A DNA stretch of 63,869 nucleotides, filler included, from Reclinomonas americana ATCC 50394 (lineage: Eukaryota), in assembly GCA_048213135.1 (NCBI GenBank). It is 7 parts of 2 records of this genome, joined end to end, with 100 filler letters (N's around TTAATTAATTAA, not from the genome) between each part and the next. Parts side by side here need not be neighbours in the genome. Positions count along the whole stretch, not along the records: positions 51,755 to 54,385 come from PS015040.1; positions 54,486 to 60,510 come from PS015040.1; positions 60,611 to 63,869 come from PS015040.1; 4 more parts are not named here. One strand, written 5' to 3'. Below the pieces are notes generated by a model. The model saw only the letters and a list, made by a program, of their open reading frames with translations, was not told the DNA's origin and ran no database searches. Made by a program: the position numbers and the translations under genes. This document shows positions 52,063 through 63,869 of the stretch, piece after piece (position 1 is the stretch's first letter; the number at the start of each line of letters is the position of its first letter).

Positions 52063-54263
52063 ATGCCACGCGTTGACCGCACCAACGATTTCCGTGCGCT
52101 GACCGGCCTCCTCGGCGCCTCCGGGAGTGGCGTGCACGCCGTCATCACACCCTCACTGGCCACGACCATTGTCGCCGCTGCGCCACCACAACCTCTCTTG
52201 CACAGTCACCAGCCGCCTCCGCCGCTGCTGTCTCCGTTCCAGTCGACGAGTGCACAGTTGGGAGTGTTGGCCTCGTCGCCGGCAGTTCATCGGTCGGCGG
52301 GGGCGAGTGGAAGTGGAGTGGGTGGCGCGTTGTTTGGGGCGGAGAGTGCGCAACCGTTGCGTAGACACGTGTGTGTCTGTGTGATAGAGAGAGGGAGCAG
52401 GGAGAGAGAGAGCAGTGAGCACAGGCGCGTCTTTCGTGTGTGTGCGTGTGTATGTGAGACAGTTGGGGAAGGAGAGACACGTGTGTCTGTGAGACAAGGA
52501 TCGACTCTTGCGTTCTTGTGTGTTGCTGTGTGTGAGAAGCTCGTCTTTCGTCTGCCTGCCTGTCTCCCTCTCTCCTCTTTCTCTCTTTCTTGTTGTCAGC
52601 AGTGAGCGTGCTGGGTGATTGCAACTCTGGATCAGTTGTCTTGTCGCACTTGCTGGAGCTTTCCTCGCAGTGTGTGTCTCTCTCCTTGTTCCCGTTCTTC
52701 TCGCGCTCTCCGTGTTTCTATCTTCATCTCGCCACCATTCGTCCCTCTTCTCCCTTCTCCTTCTTATTTGTACCCTTGCTCGTCTTCTCTCGTCTTTCTT
52801 AGCCTTCAGTCTCCCATCCTCTTGTTTCTCTCGCCCTCCTTTTTCGTCTTCTTTCATGCTCTCCTCATCTCTTCGTTTTCTTCTCGTCTTTCTTGCACGC
52901 CCCTTACCTTCATCTGCGTGTCTTCTTCTTCTCTGTCTTAGCCTTCAGTCTCCCATCCTCTTGTTTCTCTCCCTCCTTTCTTCCTCTTTATCGTCCTCTT
53001 TCTCTCTCATTCTCAGCTCCATCTGCGTGCTCTCCCTCGTCTCTTCACGTTCTTCTCATTGTCTTGTGCCTTTCTTCAGCTGCCTGTCTTCGATCTCCCA
53101 TCCTCTCGTTTCTCTCCCAAGCCTTTACCGTCCTCATTCATCTCTTCACGCTCTTCTCATTTCTTGCGCCTTTCATCAGCTGCATGTCTTCTTCTCTTTC
53201 TTAGCCTTCAGTCTCCCATCCCTCTCCTTCCTCTTTCCCTTCTCTTTCCCTTTGTCCTCTCACTCTCTCTTTCCTCTCGCTCTCTCTTTCCCCTCTTACT
53301 CTTCTCTTCCCCTTCTCCCTCTTCCCCTTCTACCTCATTCCCTTCACGCCTCTCACCCTCTCTCTCCTTCTCTCCCCCTCTCCCCCACGGCAGAATGGAA
53401 TTCTCAACACCCGGCGCCCTCCGCTCCGAGTTCCACGCCCGCGCCACTGGCCTCTCACAAGACATTACACGCACAATCGGCAAGCTGGGCCGCCTGGCCG
53501 ACAGTTGCGTGTTCTGCGACTCCTTCCCCCACCACGTCCTCCTCATTCCCGCCACCCCGCGCAGTCACCAGAAGTTCGCGTCTGTGCGACGACCGCGGCA
53601 GCGAGATCCACGAGTACACCGTGTCGGTCAAGGCCGACATGAAGGACTTGGGCGATCGCTTCCGCGAACTGCAGGAGTTCCACGCTTCACACGCCGCCAA
53701 CAATCCACAGTTGAAGGCGCATCACCAGACCGTCATCTCCAACATTGGCTCGCAGCTGCTGGGAGTGCGCGACTCGTTTGAGCAGGTGCTGAAGAAGCGA
53801 ACAACCAATCTGAAGGAGCAGCAGGAGCGCCGTAATGCGTTTGTGTCGAGTCCGGCAAAGAGTTGCGGAGGGAGAGAGAGAGTGAGTGAGTGAGTAGTTC
53901 TCTTGCGACATGTGTGCCGACGATTGCGGGTGCAGGCAAGACTCAAGGTCAGAGTGGTTGGAGGACGAGGGCACCAGTGGTGTCGGCCGCCGCGGATGCA
54001 GATGGTAGTGGTGGTGGTGGCCAGTCGATGGAGCAAACACAGGCGTTGATGCAGATGCAGGAGAGCTCTGTTGCGTACTCTGCGTCAATCTCGTCACTTG
54101 CACATCGCGTGCGCACTCACGCGTTGCACGCGCAGTCCCAACAAGACTACTATCAATCGAGAGCAGAGGCCGTTCGGCAAATAGAGACTACGCTGGTGGA
54201 GTTGCATCGCATGTTCCAGGATTTGGCCGTACTCGTCCGACAGCAGGAGGAGCTTGTGGAAAG
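52063..54263 (+). CDS. STX5: Syntaxin-5/Sed5 Qa-SNARE; 3' truncated
   Basis: N-terminal Sly1-binding-type motif VDRTNDF; RSEFHARATGLSQDI..KLGRLA; DDRGSEI; FEQVLKKRTTNLKEQQERR; SNARE motif YYQSRAEAVRQIETTLVELHRMFQDLAVLVRQQEELVER. Confidence 0.93.
52790..53230. repeat. Pyrimidine-rich intron with three copies of TTAGCCTTCAGTCTCCCATCC
   Basis: Copies at ~52799, ~52938 and ~53201 inside the long syntaxin intron. Confidence 0.8.
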
Positions 54264-54276
54264 GTTGGAGTTCATT

Positions 54277-54318
<42 letters not shown>

Positions 54319-54526
54319 GTGTAAGTGCATAGTGTGTATAGTGTATGTGTGTGTGTGTGTGTGTGTCATGCTTGTTTGTGTATGCNNNNNNNNNNNNNNN
54401 NNNNNNNNNNNNNNNNNNNNNNNNNNNNNTTAATTAATTAANNNNNNNNNNNNNNNNNNNNNNNNNNNNNNNNNNNNNNNNNNNNCACACTCAACAACTG
54501 TGCTGCTAGTGTGTGTGTGTGCGTAC

Positions 54527-54706
54527 CATGAAGGCCAGGTGCGCCCACCACAAGAAAGCCACGATCAGTCTGAACAGCCATGACTGATCGCTGTCCTCAC
54601 GAGGCGACAGCCACACAAACCACACACAGATGTGCGTCACGAGGCCAGAGAGGAGGCCCACAAACTGCGCTGTTTGCGTGGTCCTTCTCCTGCTCTCCGC
54701 CACCAT
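54527..54706 (-). CDS. First exon of a membrane protein (two TM helices), divergent from MZT1; truncated
   Basis: ATG, two hydrophobic stretches, then a GTACGC donor. The layout is compatible with a DHHC palmitoyltransferase N-terminus but this is unproven. Confidence 0.4.
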
Positions 54707-54768
54707 TGCCTCCTCTATCGAGTGGATGGATTTCGCGCCCTTCTTATCTCACTCACACACGCGCGCGA

Positions 54769-55035
54769 ATGGAGAGTGGAAGTGTCAGTGAAGCACGCGA
54801 GGCACTGGAGAGTTGCGTGTGGTGTGCGCGCTGTTCTTTTGCTCTCTCTTACACGCACAGCGCAACTGACGATTCCCTTGTGTCAGTTGTCCATGAGATC
54901 TCGCGCCTGTTGAACACAGGGCTCGATCGCGAGACTCTTGCAGTGCTCGTCTCACTGTGCGAGGCCGGTGTCAACCCGGAAGCACTGGCTGTGGTTGTCA
55001 AGGAGATTCGACGAGCGGCGAGTGGCGCAGAGTGA
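54769..55035 (+). CDS. MZT1: Mitotic spindle organizing protein 1 (MOZART1/GIP), 2 exons
   Basis: [49 protein letters not shown] after removing intron 54812-54885. Confidence 0.96.
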   Translation: MESGSVSEAREALESCVWCARCSFALSYTHSATDDSLVSVVHEISRLLNTGLDRETLAVLVSLCEAGVNPEALAVVVKEIRRAASGAE

Positions 55036-55068
55036 TTTCGTGAGGAGGAGTTGTAGTACAGTGTTGTT

Positions 55069-57149
55069 TTATGACGACGACAAGGAAGGCTTCTTCTTGT
55101 GGAGCTTTTCGTGCTTGATTATGGCGGTGGAGGGTGCTGGTGGTGGCGGTGGAGGCAATGCATCGCGCAGCAGTCGGACGATCGTTGGATAGACCTTGGT
55201 AGCGGATCGCTGACCCCACACGTGACTGCCGTGCCCGAACTTGCTGTTCTGCTGCGTGTAGATGACCTTGTTGGGCGGCATCTCCGCCAGCGCTCGTTCA
55301 ATGTCGACCAGCGCTGTTGCTGGAGGGTGAGCGCAGCGTGCATGCGATGATGGGATTAGGAGAGGAGGGCGACGAACCGGTCATCTTGTCGCGGCCGCCG
55401 TAAAAGACGGCGGTCTTGACAGCCAGCTGGCTCAGGTCGTACTGTGGAGGTGTGCCCTGGCCGTACGCTTGCTGGTTCTGCGCAGGGGTGGAGCAATGAG
55501 GGCAGCAGAAGAAAAAAAACAGGGCAGACAGAGGGAGTCGCCTCACTAGTTTCGCATTCTCAAAGTCGTACATCTGCAACAATCGAGGTGGAGTGAGTGC
55601 TTTCCCTGATCGGTGGGCAACGCACTGCAGCGCGTCGCACCTGGAACTTGTCAGTGGCAATGGCCTGCTTTAGACGGACCAAATTGCGCACACTGGTGGC
55701 CGCTGGATAATGTCGGAAAACAAAGGCCAGCCGCAGCGGATCGAACTCCTGCCTCGAGGAGTGAGTGTCCCCCACACTTATCTTGCAAACTCAGCCTCCA
55801 ACATTAGCACGCACCTCAATGTCCTCGCAGCCGGCCAGTGAACAGACGCCGCCGCGACACAGCTTCTGGTGTGCCCGACAGAACGATGGAGCGATACGCG
55901 CCATCATGGTGCTATCGGTCAACACACCGCGACGGCCGAGTGCCGCGTAGATGAGCTTGGTGGAGAGGCGAGCCATGCCGCGCAACAGCAGCGAATCTGC
56001 GCCGGGCGGTGAGATCCCTCAAAGGCGGAGGGGGAGAGGGAGTGAGCCACTCACCGACGTGGCCAATATATGTGGCCGGGGCCAGGGCCACAAAGAGATT
56101 CTGGGGACACGACAGAAGAGAGGAGGGGCGTTGGCGATGACCACACCGCACCAGGGCCGTGAAAGAAATAGAAACGCAACGACTTTGCTGGCAATGCTGT
56201 CGGGGTTGCGAGTGAAACACATGAAACCCTGCATGCCGCCCTGCGAGTGGCCCACGACCGACAAGGTCGCCTGTTTCGACACCTCCAGCGCGTACTTGAT
56301 GGCCGCCGGCAAATCCACAAGCGCCATGTCGTCGGCAGAGAACGCCCAGTACTCGTCTGCACGACGCATGAGGTTGTGGAACGGAAAAGCACGTGCATGC
56401 GAGGAGGAGGGAGGAGACGAACCGGTATCCCAGTTCGCGTTGGCATCCCTGCTGGCGTCTGTACCTCTGTCGTTCAGGAGCCACACTGCCAACAACAGCA
56501 AGCATGAGCACCACTGCCATCGCAGTCGCCGGGTCACGACACACCCTCAAATCCGGCCTTGACGAGCGACACGAGCAGCGAGTACTCTCTCGACAATGCC
56601 GTCCACGCAAACGCCGACGCAGACACGCCATGCAGCATCAACACTGTGTCCTCTGTGAGTCACCAGGTGCTCAACATCGCTGTGTGTCAAAGAACGCACC
56701 CACTGGCGCATCCTTCTGTTCACCACTGCCCTGCTCGCGAACGCGATGCATGGCGACGTTGAAGCCACTCGGTGTGGCCACTTTGTGATCCTCGCATGAC
56801 AACTCGAAGGATTGCACTGTGAGAGAGTGAGTGATTGAGGGAGAGATGTGTGTCGGAAACCGAAAGAGAAGAGACAGAGGCATGCACCAACGCTGCAGAC
56901 GGTTTCCAGCTGTGCTTCCACTGCACGTAGAGGCACACTGGTGTCCTCTTGGTGTGCAGTCAGACTGCGTGCGGTGTGCGTGAGTTGGTCAAGAGGGATT
57001 TATGAGTGATGTTTGACATGACGCAACAAGTCGAGTGCATCGTGCAAGTCGGCGTCGGTGAGTGTGGTGGCGTGGGCACTAGTGTGTGGCAATGCGAGGA
57101 GAGCGAGGAGGAGGAGGAGGAGCAGTAAGGGTAGCGTGCGGGGAAGCAT
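55069..57149 (-). CDS. Secreted/lysosomal acid lipase-like alpha/beta hydrolase, multi-exon
   Basis: Signal peptide; HKVATPSGFNVAMHRV; YWAFSADDMALVDLPAAIKY; nucleophile elbow VGHSQG; LFVALAP; YGQGTPPQYDL; YGGRD; FGHGSHVWG. Confidence 0.88.
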
Positions 57150-57354
57150 GATTGATATCACGGATATTTGCTCGCGAAGGAAGTACAATTACGATACAGG
57201 TGTAGGACGAATAGCAGAGACGCAACTTGAGAAGAACAACTGGAATGAGGCGACAACGAGGTCGCAGTGGCCGTGGCCGATCGCCAAGACAAGGGAGAAG
57301 CAGCAAAACAGTTAAAATACATTTCGTTATGTAATGTTTCAAAAGCAAACTGTA

Positions 57355-58512
57355 TCACCAAAACATCCCAGCTGGATCAACACGGCAGCGATGCATCACG
57401 ACTTCCGCATCCTCCACGATGAAACAGCGCAGCACCATCTCGGGAAGACACCGAGAATCCTCTCCCTCTTCCTGCATCTCCCACACGCCGCGCTGGGCCA
57501 AGCGAGCACAGTCGACCTCGAGACGAGCGAGGCCATACGGCGTGGACCACACGCGCATGGTGCCGTCCGCGCTGCCACTCACAATGTGCTGACCATCGGG
57601 AGAGACGGCAAGAGACCACACCTCATCCGTGCGTCCCTCCAGTCGTCGCACTTCCTCGCCACTCGCCAGCGACCACACTCGCACTGTTCGGCAAAGCATG
57701 CCATCAGCACTCACAACGTGCTGGCCATCGGGAGTGACGACCAAGTGCCGCACAGAGCCAGTGTGTCTCTCCTTCAGCCGTCGCACTTCCTCGCCGCTCA
57801 CCAAAGACCACACTCGTATGGTCATGTCAAGGGCGCCACCTCCACTCACAATGTACTGGCCATCGGGAGTGACAGCAACAGATTCGACGGTGAACAAGTG
57901 CCTCTCCAGCCGTCGCACTTCCTCACCACTCGCCAGGGACCACACTCGCACGGACTTGTCGACACTCCCACTCACAACATGCTGACCATCGGGAGTGACA
58001 GTGATGGACATCACACAATTAGTGTGCCCCTCCAGCCGTCGCACTTGTTCTCCAGTCGACAGTGACCACACACGCACTGTTCCGTCCATGCTCCCACTCA
58101 CCACATGCTGACCATCGGGAGTGACAGCGACAGACATCACAACGTGAGTGTGTCCCTTAAACCGTCGCACCTCCGCACCGATCCTCACCCACGACCACAC
58201 TCGCACTGTTAAGTCACTGGCCCCGCTGACAATGAAGTGACCGTCGGGTGTCGTGGTAACCGAGTTCACGATATGAGTGTGTCCCTCCAGTCGTCGTACT
58301 TCTTCGCCACTCGTGAGGGACCACACCCGCACTGTCTCGTCAGCAGCCCCACTCACAACGTGCCGACCGTCGGGAGTGATGGCGACAGTCATCACCAGCC
58401 TGGTGTGCCCTTTCAGTACCTGTTGCGCAAGACACTCACGGTGAGGTGCACGAGGAGGCAAAGAGTGTCCACGAGAAGGCTAGAGCACACGAAAACGAAC
58501 CCTCGTCGTCAT
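57355..58512 (-). CDS. WD40-repeat-only protein with conserved C-terminal tail, tandem copy 1
   Basis: First exon MTTR, seven near-identical WD40 repeats, tail STPYGLARLEVDCARLAQR..CLPEMVLRCFIVEDAEVVMHRCRVDPAGMFW. Confidence 0.92.
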
Positions 58513-58807
58513 TGCGTGTGTGGGTGTGAGAGAAATAAGGGATGGATGAATTTGACGGAATGTCAACAATAGTTTTGTCGCCTCACCGCATGCGCTTCTC
58601 CAATCTCCCACTTTGCTCATCATGCTGCCGTGCATCTTGAACCTACTCCCTTTTCCACAAGACTCGATTTATTATTCTACTTGGTCATCAAGACAGCTGT
58701 TTCTTGTTTGTTGGTGAACGATTGTTGTTGTTGACAGAAAGCAACATCAAGAAGAGCAAGGAACTAACACACAGACTGCAGGAAACCAGAGAGTTCTTGC
58801 CAGTGTC

Positions 58808-59956
58808 TCACCAAAACATCCCAGCCGCATCAACACGGCAGCGATGCATCACAACTTCCGCATCCTCGACGATGAAACAGCGCAGCACCATCTCGGGAAG
58901 ACACCGGCAGTCCGGTTCTTCTCCCTCTGTCTCCCCCTGCATCTCCCGCACAGCGCGCTGGGCCAAGCGTGCGCAGTCGATCTCGAGACGAGCGAGGCCA
59001 TACGGCGTGGACCACACGCGCACGGTGCCGTCCGCGCTGCCACTAATAATGTGCTGACCATCGGGAGAGACGGCGACAGACAACACCCCTTCAGCGTGTC
59101 CCTCCAGTTGTCGCACTTGCTCGCCACTCGCCAGCGACCACACGCGCACTGTCTTGTCGCTGCTCCCACTCACAACGTGCTGACCATCGGGAGTGACGAC
59201 CAAGGACCGCACAGCGCCAGTGTGTCTCTCCTCCAGCCGTCGCACTTCCTCGCCGCTCGCCAAAGACCATACGCACATGGTCATGTCAAGGATGCCACCT
59301 CCGCTCACAATGTACTGGCCATCGGGAGTGACAGCAACACATTCAACGGTCCAAAAGTGCCCCTCCAGCCGTCGCACCTCCTCACCGCTCGCCAACGACC
59401 ACAATCGCACAGACTTGTCGGCACTCCCACTCACCACATGCTGACCATTGGGAGTGACAGCGACAGACGTCACAGCATTAGTGTGCCCTTCCAGCCGTCG
59501 CACTTGTTCTCCACTTGCCAGTGACCACACAAGAACAGTCTTATCATAGCCTCCACTCACCACATGCTGACCATCGGGAGTGATAGCGACAGACGTCACA
59601 GCATTGGTGTGTCCCTTAAACCGCTGCACTTGTTCTCCACTCGCCACGGACCACACTCGCACTGACTTGTCCGTACTGCCACTCACGATGTGTTGACCAT
59701 CGGGAGTGACGGCGACCGATGACACCCCCCAAATGTGCCCCTTCAGTCGTCGTACTTCTTCTCCGCTCGCCAGCGACCACACCCGCACGGTCTTGTCTGA
59801 ACTGCCGCCGACAATGTGCCGGCCGTCGGGAGTGACGGCGACAGACTGCCCCTGTCCACTGTGCCCCTTCAAGACCTGCACTCACGGTGAGATGCACGAG
59901 GAGGCAAAGAGTGTCCACGAGAAGGCAAGAGCACACGAACGAACCTTTGTCGTCAT
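58808..59956 (-). CDS. WD40-repeat-only protein with conserved C-terminal tail, tandem copy 2
   Basis: First exon MTTK; same intron position, repeat count and tail as copy 1. Confidence 0.92.
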
Positions 59957-60125
59957 TGCGTGTGTGTGAGTGAGTGAGTGAGAGCAAAGGTGGATGAATT
60001 TGACGGAATGTCAAACAATGGTCTAGCACACTTGTTGGCGATCACTGGAAGGTGAAGTTTCTATTATGGAGGGCTCCATCGTTTCTCATTACACCCAATG
60101 ATCGTTTGTTTTTTTCACTCATCTC

Positions 60126-60292
60126 TCTACTTGCGCTTCGCCTCCTGCTCAATCACCGACGGACGCTGCGTAAACATTGCATTCACCAGTGCCATTCTCC
60201 GCACCCGCTGCAGCTCCTCCGCCGCACTCGCCTCCGTCATTCGCGCGGCCACAGAAGGCGACCGGAAGTCCTCGCGAATGTGTCTCAGTGCT
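60126..60292 (-). CDS. Probable terminal exon of an unknown helical protein
   Basis: After a CAG acceptor: LRHIREDFRSPSVAARMTEASAAEELQRVRRMALVNAMFTQRPSVIEQEAKRK*. Confidence 0.35.
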
Positions 60293-60874
60293 GCACGAAA
60301 AGAGAAGACGCAAATTCACGTGTGAGTCTCACTCGATGCACTGTGCATCCCTCAGTGAGAGAGAGAGTGTGTGTGTGTGTGGTTGTCTTCCCTTTTCTCG
60401 CCACTCTTCTCCTTGCTCTGTTTTTCTTCTTTCCTCTTCCTCTCCTTCTCTTCATTATCTTCATCATCTTTCTTCTTCTCCTTCTCCTCCTCCTCTTCTT
60501 CTTCTTTCTTNNNNNNNNNNNNNNNNNNNNNNNNNNNNNNNNNNNNNNNNNNNNTTAATTAATTAANNNNNNNNNNNNNNNNNNNNNNNNNNNNNNNNNN
60601 NNNNNNNNNNGTCAGTGTGTGTTGCTGCTCACTGTTGGATCCAACTCGACATTCTCTGGTCGTCCCCACGCGACTGTTCCAAAGCAAATGTCGATGACAT
60701 AGGTTGCTGAGCCAGGTGCCGACGACTTGCACGCAATCGCCTGCTGCAGCACAGACAAACACACATGAGTGGCCCACCTTTGTCACTTCTGTGTTGCAGC
60801 GCATCCTCAACAGCTGCTCCCTCGCTCTCCATCTGCGTGACAAACTGATTGTGTGACTCACTCACTGCTAACAA

Positions 60875-63345
60875 ATGGGTTCCTCGCAGAGCACAGACGA
60901 GAAGCCCGCAGTGCCACTGCCACCACCACCACCAGAAGCAGCTGTCTCCACAGACGCACCAGTGGTGGAGCAGGAGGCAGAAGAAGCAGAGGCAGAAGAA
61001 GAAGAAGAAGAGGAAGGGGAGGAGGAAGATCTGGACGAGGCTCTTGCTGAGATCGTGGCCGATGAAGCCACTCTTCACTCCCCGTTTACCACAGCAGCAG
61101 CAGCAGGAGCGTCATCGTCGTCTTCTGTGACAGACAAGGCGGAGCAGGAAGTGGAGGAGGCAGGCTCGCCAGTGTCACCAGTGACTCCACAGATTGTCGA
61201 GGGCAAGAAGATCAACTTTTTCAAGCGGTTTGTTTGCGCTCTCATTGTGCTCCTTGGCAGTGTGCTTACTCGTGGTGATGTGTGTGCGTTGACAGCATGT
61301 TCTCTCGACTGTTGCGTATGTGCCGTTCACTGATGTCATGACTGTTTCTCATTGTTTTCTCGTGGTGTCAGCAATCGACGCGTGGTGAAGATCGGGCGAC
61401 GATTGTTGCGTTGTTGGTGTGCGAGGCAGCAACGGGGAGATCGAGGTAACTGAGTGTAGTGCTTCTTTTTTGTTATAGGGAGAACCTGGCGGATCGGACG
61501 GGGAAGCGAGTGGAGGAGTTTACGCAGCGATGCCAGACGCGATTGGCGCAATCGCTGAAGATGCCGTGCTTCTTGCCGGGCTTCCGCTGGGGCTCCGACT
61601 TTGTGGGATCGATGGTCGTGCAGAGTGGTGAGTCGCGAGTGGCTGGTTGGCTCTCTAATGTGTGGCTCACTGCGGCCTGCGCGCGCAGTGAAACACATTG
61701 TCGCCAATCATCGATCGGAACCCATCGATGTGGAGCACTCGGATCCCGACGCGTATGCGGTGCGGTACAGCGTGCTGGTGCTGGCGATTACTCATGCGAA
61801 GGAGCTCACTTCACAATGCAGTTCATGACCGAAAACCCGCACGTCTTCAACTGCATGCTCTTGTCGACGGCGGCCTATGCCGACACTCTCGATGGCGTGT
61901 GCGAGGTCATGGAAGTCTGCGAGGTGACAAATACTTCTAGTGCCCCTGCCGTCGACTGCCCCTCACCTTGTATCGCAGCATGGCAACTTCAGCCGATTCG
62001 TCTACGAGTTCGAGCCGCAACACTCCAAGTTCACGCGGCAGCTGATTCGCAGCGAGCCGGCGTATTTCGCCTGCCGTGTCACTGACCTGCTCACTGGCGA
62101 ACTGGCGTTGGTGATTACGTGCAAAGGTAAGACGTGCTTTCTCCTTGCGCACAGCGGAAACGTGGAGTGCTGAATATCGCGTGAAAATAGGCTCGTCCAA
62201 ACCACACGACTTTTTGCAAGACATTCTCGCCACTCCAACTGTGTTCCCCGACGTGTGTCCCCCGTCCCTCCCTTCGTCGACGATACACGCCATTTGACTC
62301 CTCCTCTTCTCCTCCTCCGCCGCCTACAGATTGGTGATGCCGACGGACCGCCAGTGTTCCTGCATCAGGGAATCGGCATGTGGGCCTTGCGCATTTACAA
62401 GCACATCCGACTCGCCATCGAGGTCAGCCGTGAGACCACTGCACTGCTGCTCCTGCTGTGCGCTGCTCACTCGTCGTCGCTGGGTAGAGCTTCATCGCCG
62501 ACGGATTCCGCGAGGTGCTCTTCACGGGTCACTCGCTTGGCGGCGGTCTCACCGCCGTCCTCGTCATGATGGCCATTCGCGGTGCGTGGGTCTCTTCCTC
62601 CATCGCTCCTTGCCTTTGTGCGCTCACTTCTCCTTTTGCGTAGATTTCGGCGACCACATCAACTGCCACGGCTACACATTCGCCACGGCGGCCTCGGTGT
62701 CGCGCTCCATGCCGTGCCACCGCAACGTGACATCGATTGTGTACGGCAGCGACATGGTGCCGCGTCTCACCGTCCCCTCTCTCGTCAAGTACGGTGGTGC
62801 CATTGCTCGCGCCTTCCTCACCGGCCGCCTCGCCGCCACGGTGGCCGATCCGAATCAGGACCTGGTGGTGCCGGGCGAGAAGGTGCTGCACATCAATCCG
62901 GAGCCGAATGGTTTCGTGGTGCGCTTCCGCCCGCCCGAGTTCTTCTCCGAGTTTTCGGTTCGTCGAAGTCGCTGTCTCAGGAGTCTAGCGTTCTGCCGTG
63001 CTCACGCCTTGCAACAGTTTTCGCAATTGGCCCTCGAGCACCACTCGCTGGAGCACTATCACACGTGAGTGTGGCTGAGCAGGCAGCTTGCACACGTGCT
63101 CCCATGCTTACACCGCTCACCACAGCTTCTTCCGCTCACTGCGCGACCACTTTACGGCCACTGTGTGGAGCGAGCTGCGTCACAACGTCGACGTGGATCC
63201 ACCGGCCGAGGAGCCCGAAGTTGCAGATGCAGACGTGCCTCCAGAAGCCTCTGTCCAGGCAGCAGACGTGCCTCCAGAAGCACCCGTCCAGGTAGCAGAA
63301 GTACCTCGTGAGCAAGCTGGCGACGGCAGCGCTGCACCACAATGA
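60875..63345 (+). CDS. Class 3 (fungal-type/DAG-lipase-like) lipase, multi-exon, N-terminal MG myristoylation-type start
   Basis: PAYFAC, ALVITCKG..DIL, FLHQGI, VLFTGHSLGGG, CHGYTFAT, SIVYGSDMVPRL, LVVPG and LEHHSLEHY. Confidence 0.85.
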
Positions 63346-63547
63346 ACATTGAGTTGTCCTTCGCGCCTGTATTGGACACAAAGTCGACGACGATGTGGTA
63401 CGCCCGTCTTTCCTCACCACTCATACCACCACTCACACATGATCACAGGGCACAACCCTCCACCGATCGCCTCGTCGTTTCGTCACCGCTCTCTCATCAC
63501 CCACACACAAAGCACACTCTTCAATCACTGACACTCTCATCACACAG

Positions 63548-63832
63548 ATCCGCGCGATCGATGGCACCAGCTTCTCCTCCCTCTCCAGCCTCTCCGAGCT
63601 CATTCACTACATGCGCTCACTCACTCCATCCTCGCGACCGGCCTGGGACGTAAAACGCACACTGGCCGAGCACCCTCACATGGCCGTGTTGGTGCTCGAC
63701 AGCCCGCAGGCGGTGGCCACGTGCCTGGCCATGACCAACTTGGAGTACCGCGGTGTCAAGGTCAGTCTTGCCACCCAGTGCGGGGGGAGGCCAGTCGATT
63801 TGTTGACCAAGTCGACTGTAGATTGCATGTGA
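63548..63832 (+). CDS. Possible small RRM-like coding exon
   Basis: HMAVLVLDSPQAVATCLAMTNLEYRGVKVSL resembles RRM beta3-alpha2-beta4; start unresolved. Confidence 0.3.
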   Translation: MRAIDGTSFSSLSSLSELIHYMRSLTPSSRPAWDVKRTLAEHPHMAVLVLDSPQAVATCLAMTNLEYRGVKVSLATQCGGRPVDLLTKSTVDCM

Positions 63833-63869
63833 ACCGGGCAAGCCTCCAGCATCGCTTGGCGCGTCGCCT

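Noticed and set aside
52619-53390. Hydrophobic Leu/Ser/Phe-rich ORF as a membrane protein
   Set aside because: It is the translation of the pyrimidine-rich syntaxin intron.
11931-59956. NLR, WD40 paralogs and surface proteins as one physical defence island
   Set aside because: They lie on different concatenated scaffolds. Only the NLR and the microprotein pair are contiguous; the cadherin-like gene is on the same scaffold beyond an N gap.
31904-60566. Six palindromic TTAATTAATTAA motifs as a biological repeat
   Set aside because: Each is centred in a 100-nt N spacer and has stops in all frames; this is an assembly concatenation linker.

Overview
Intron-rich, gene-dense DNA from a unicellular eukaryote, probably a flagellate (it carries a DRC10/IQCD-like gene); the lineage cannot be named from this window. 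The window is seven scaffolds joined by artificial N44-TTAATTAATTAA-N44 linkers, so adjacency across a linker is not biological. Introns are mostly ~50-150 nt, so the ORF track is fragmentary; I spliced the genes by hand. Recognisable genes: WDFY3/ALFY-like BEACH-WD40-FYVE, REX4, phosphoglucomutase, SF3B2, DRC10, a homeodomain-PNUTS-like gene, a galactonolactone dehydrogenase-family enzyme, syntaxin-5, MZT1, two lipases, three WD40-only paralogs and a duplicated Pro/Gln-rich surface protein. Main points of interest: (1) a ~13 kb NLR-like gene, HEPN-NACHT-HEPN-NACHT-pentapeptide-WD40-ankyrin-TPR, with two Rx4H motifs in one chain; (2) a tandem pair of 4-exon, 66-aa microprotein genes head-to-head with it that the ORF track misses; (3) a plant-type GLDH with both a PTS2 signal and the natural Ala113-to-Gly oxidase switch; (4) a frequent shifted 5' splice site, GTTGCGT.
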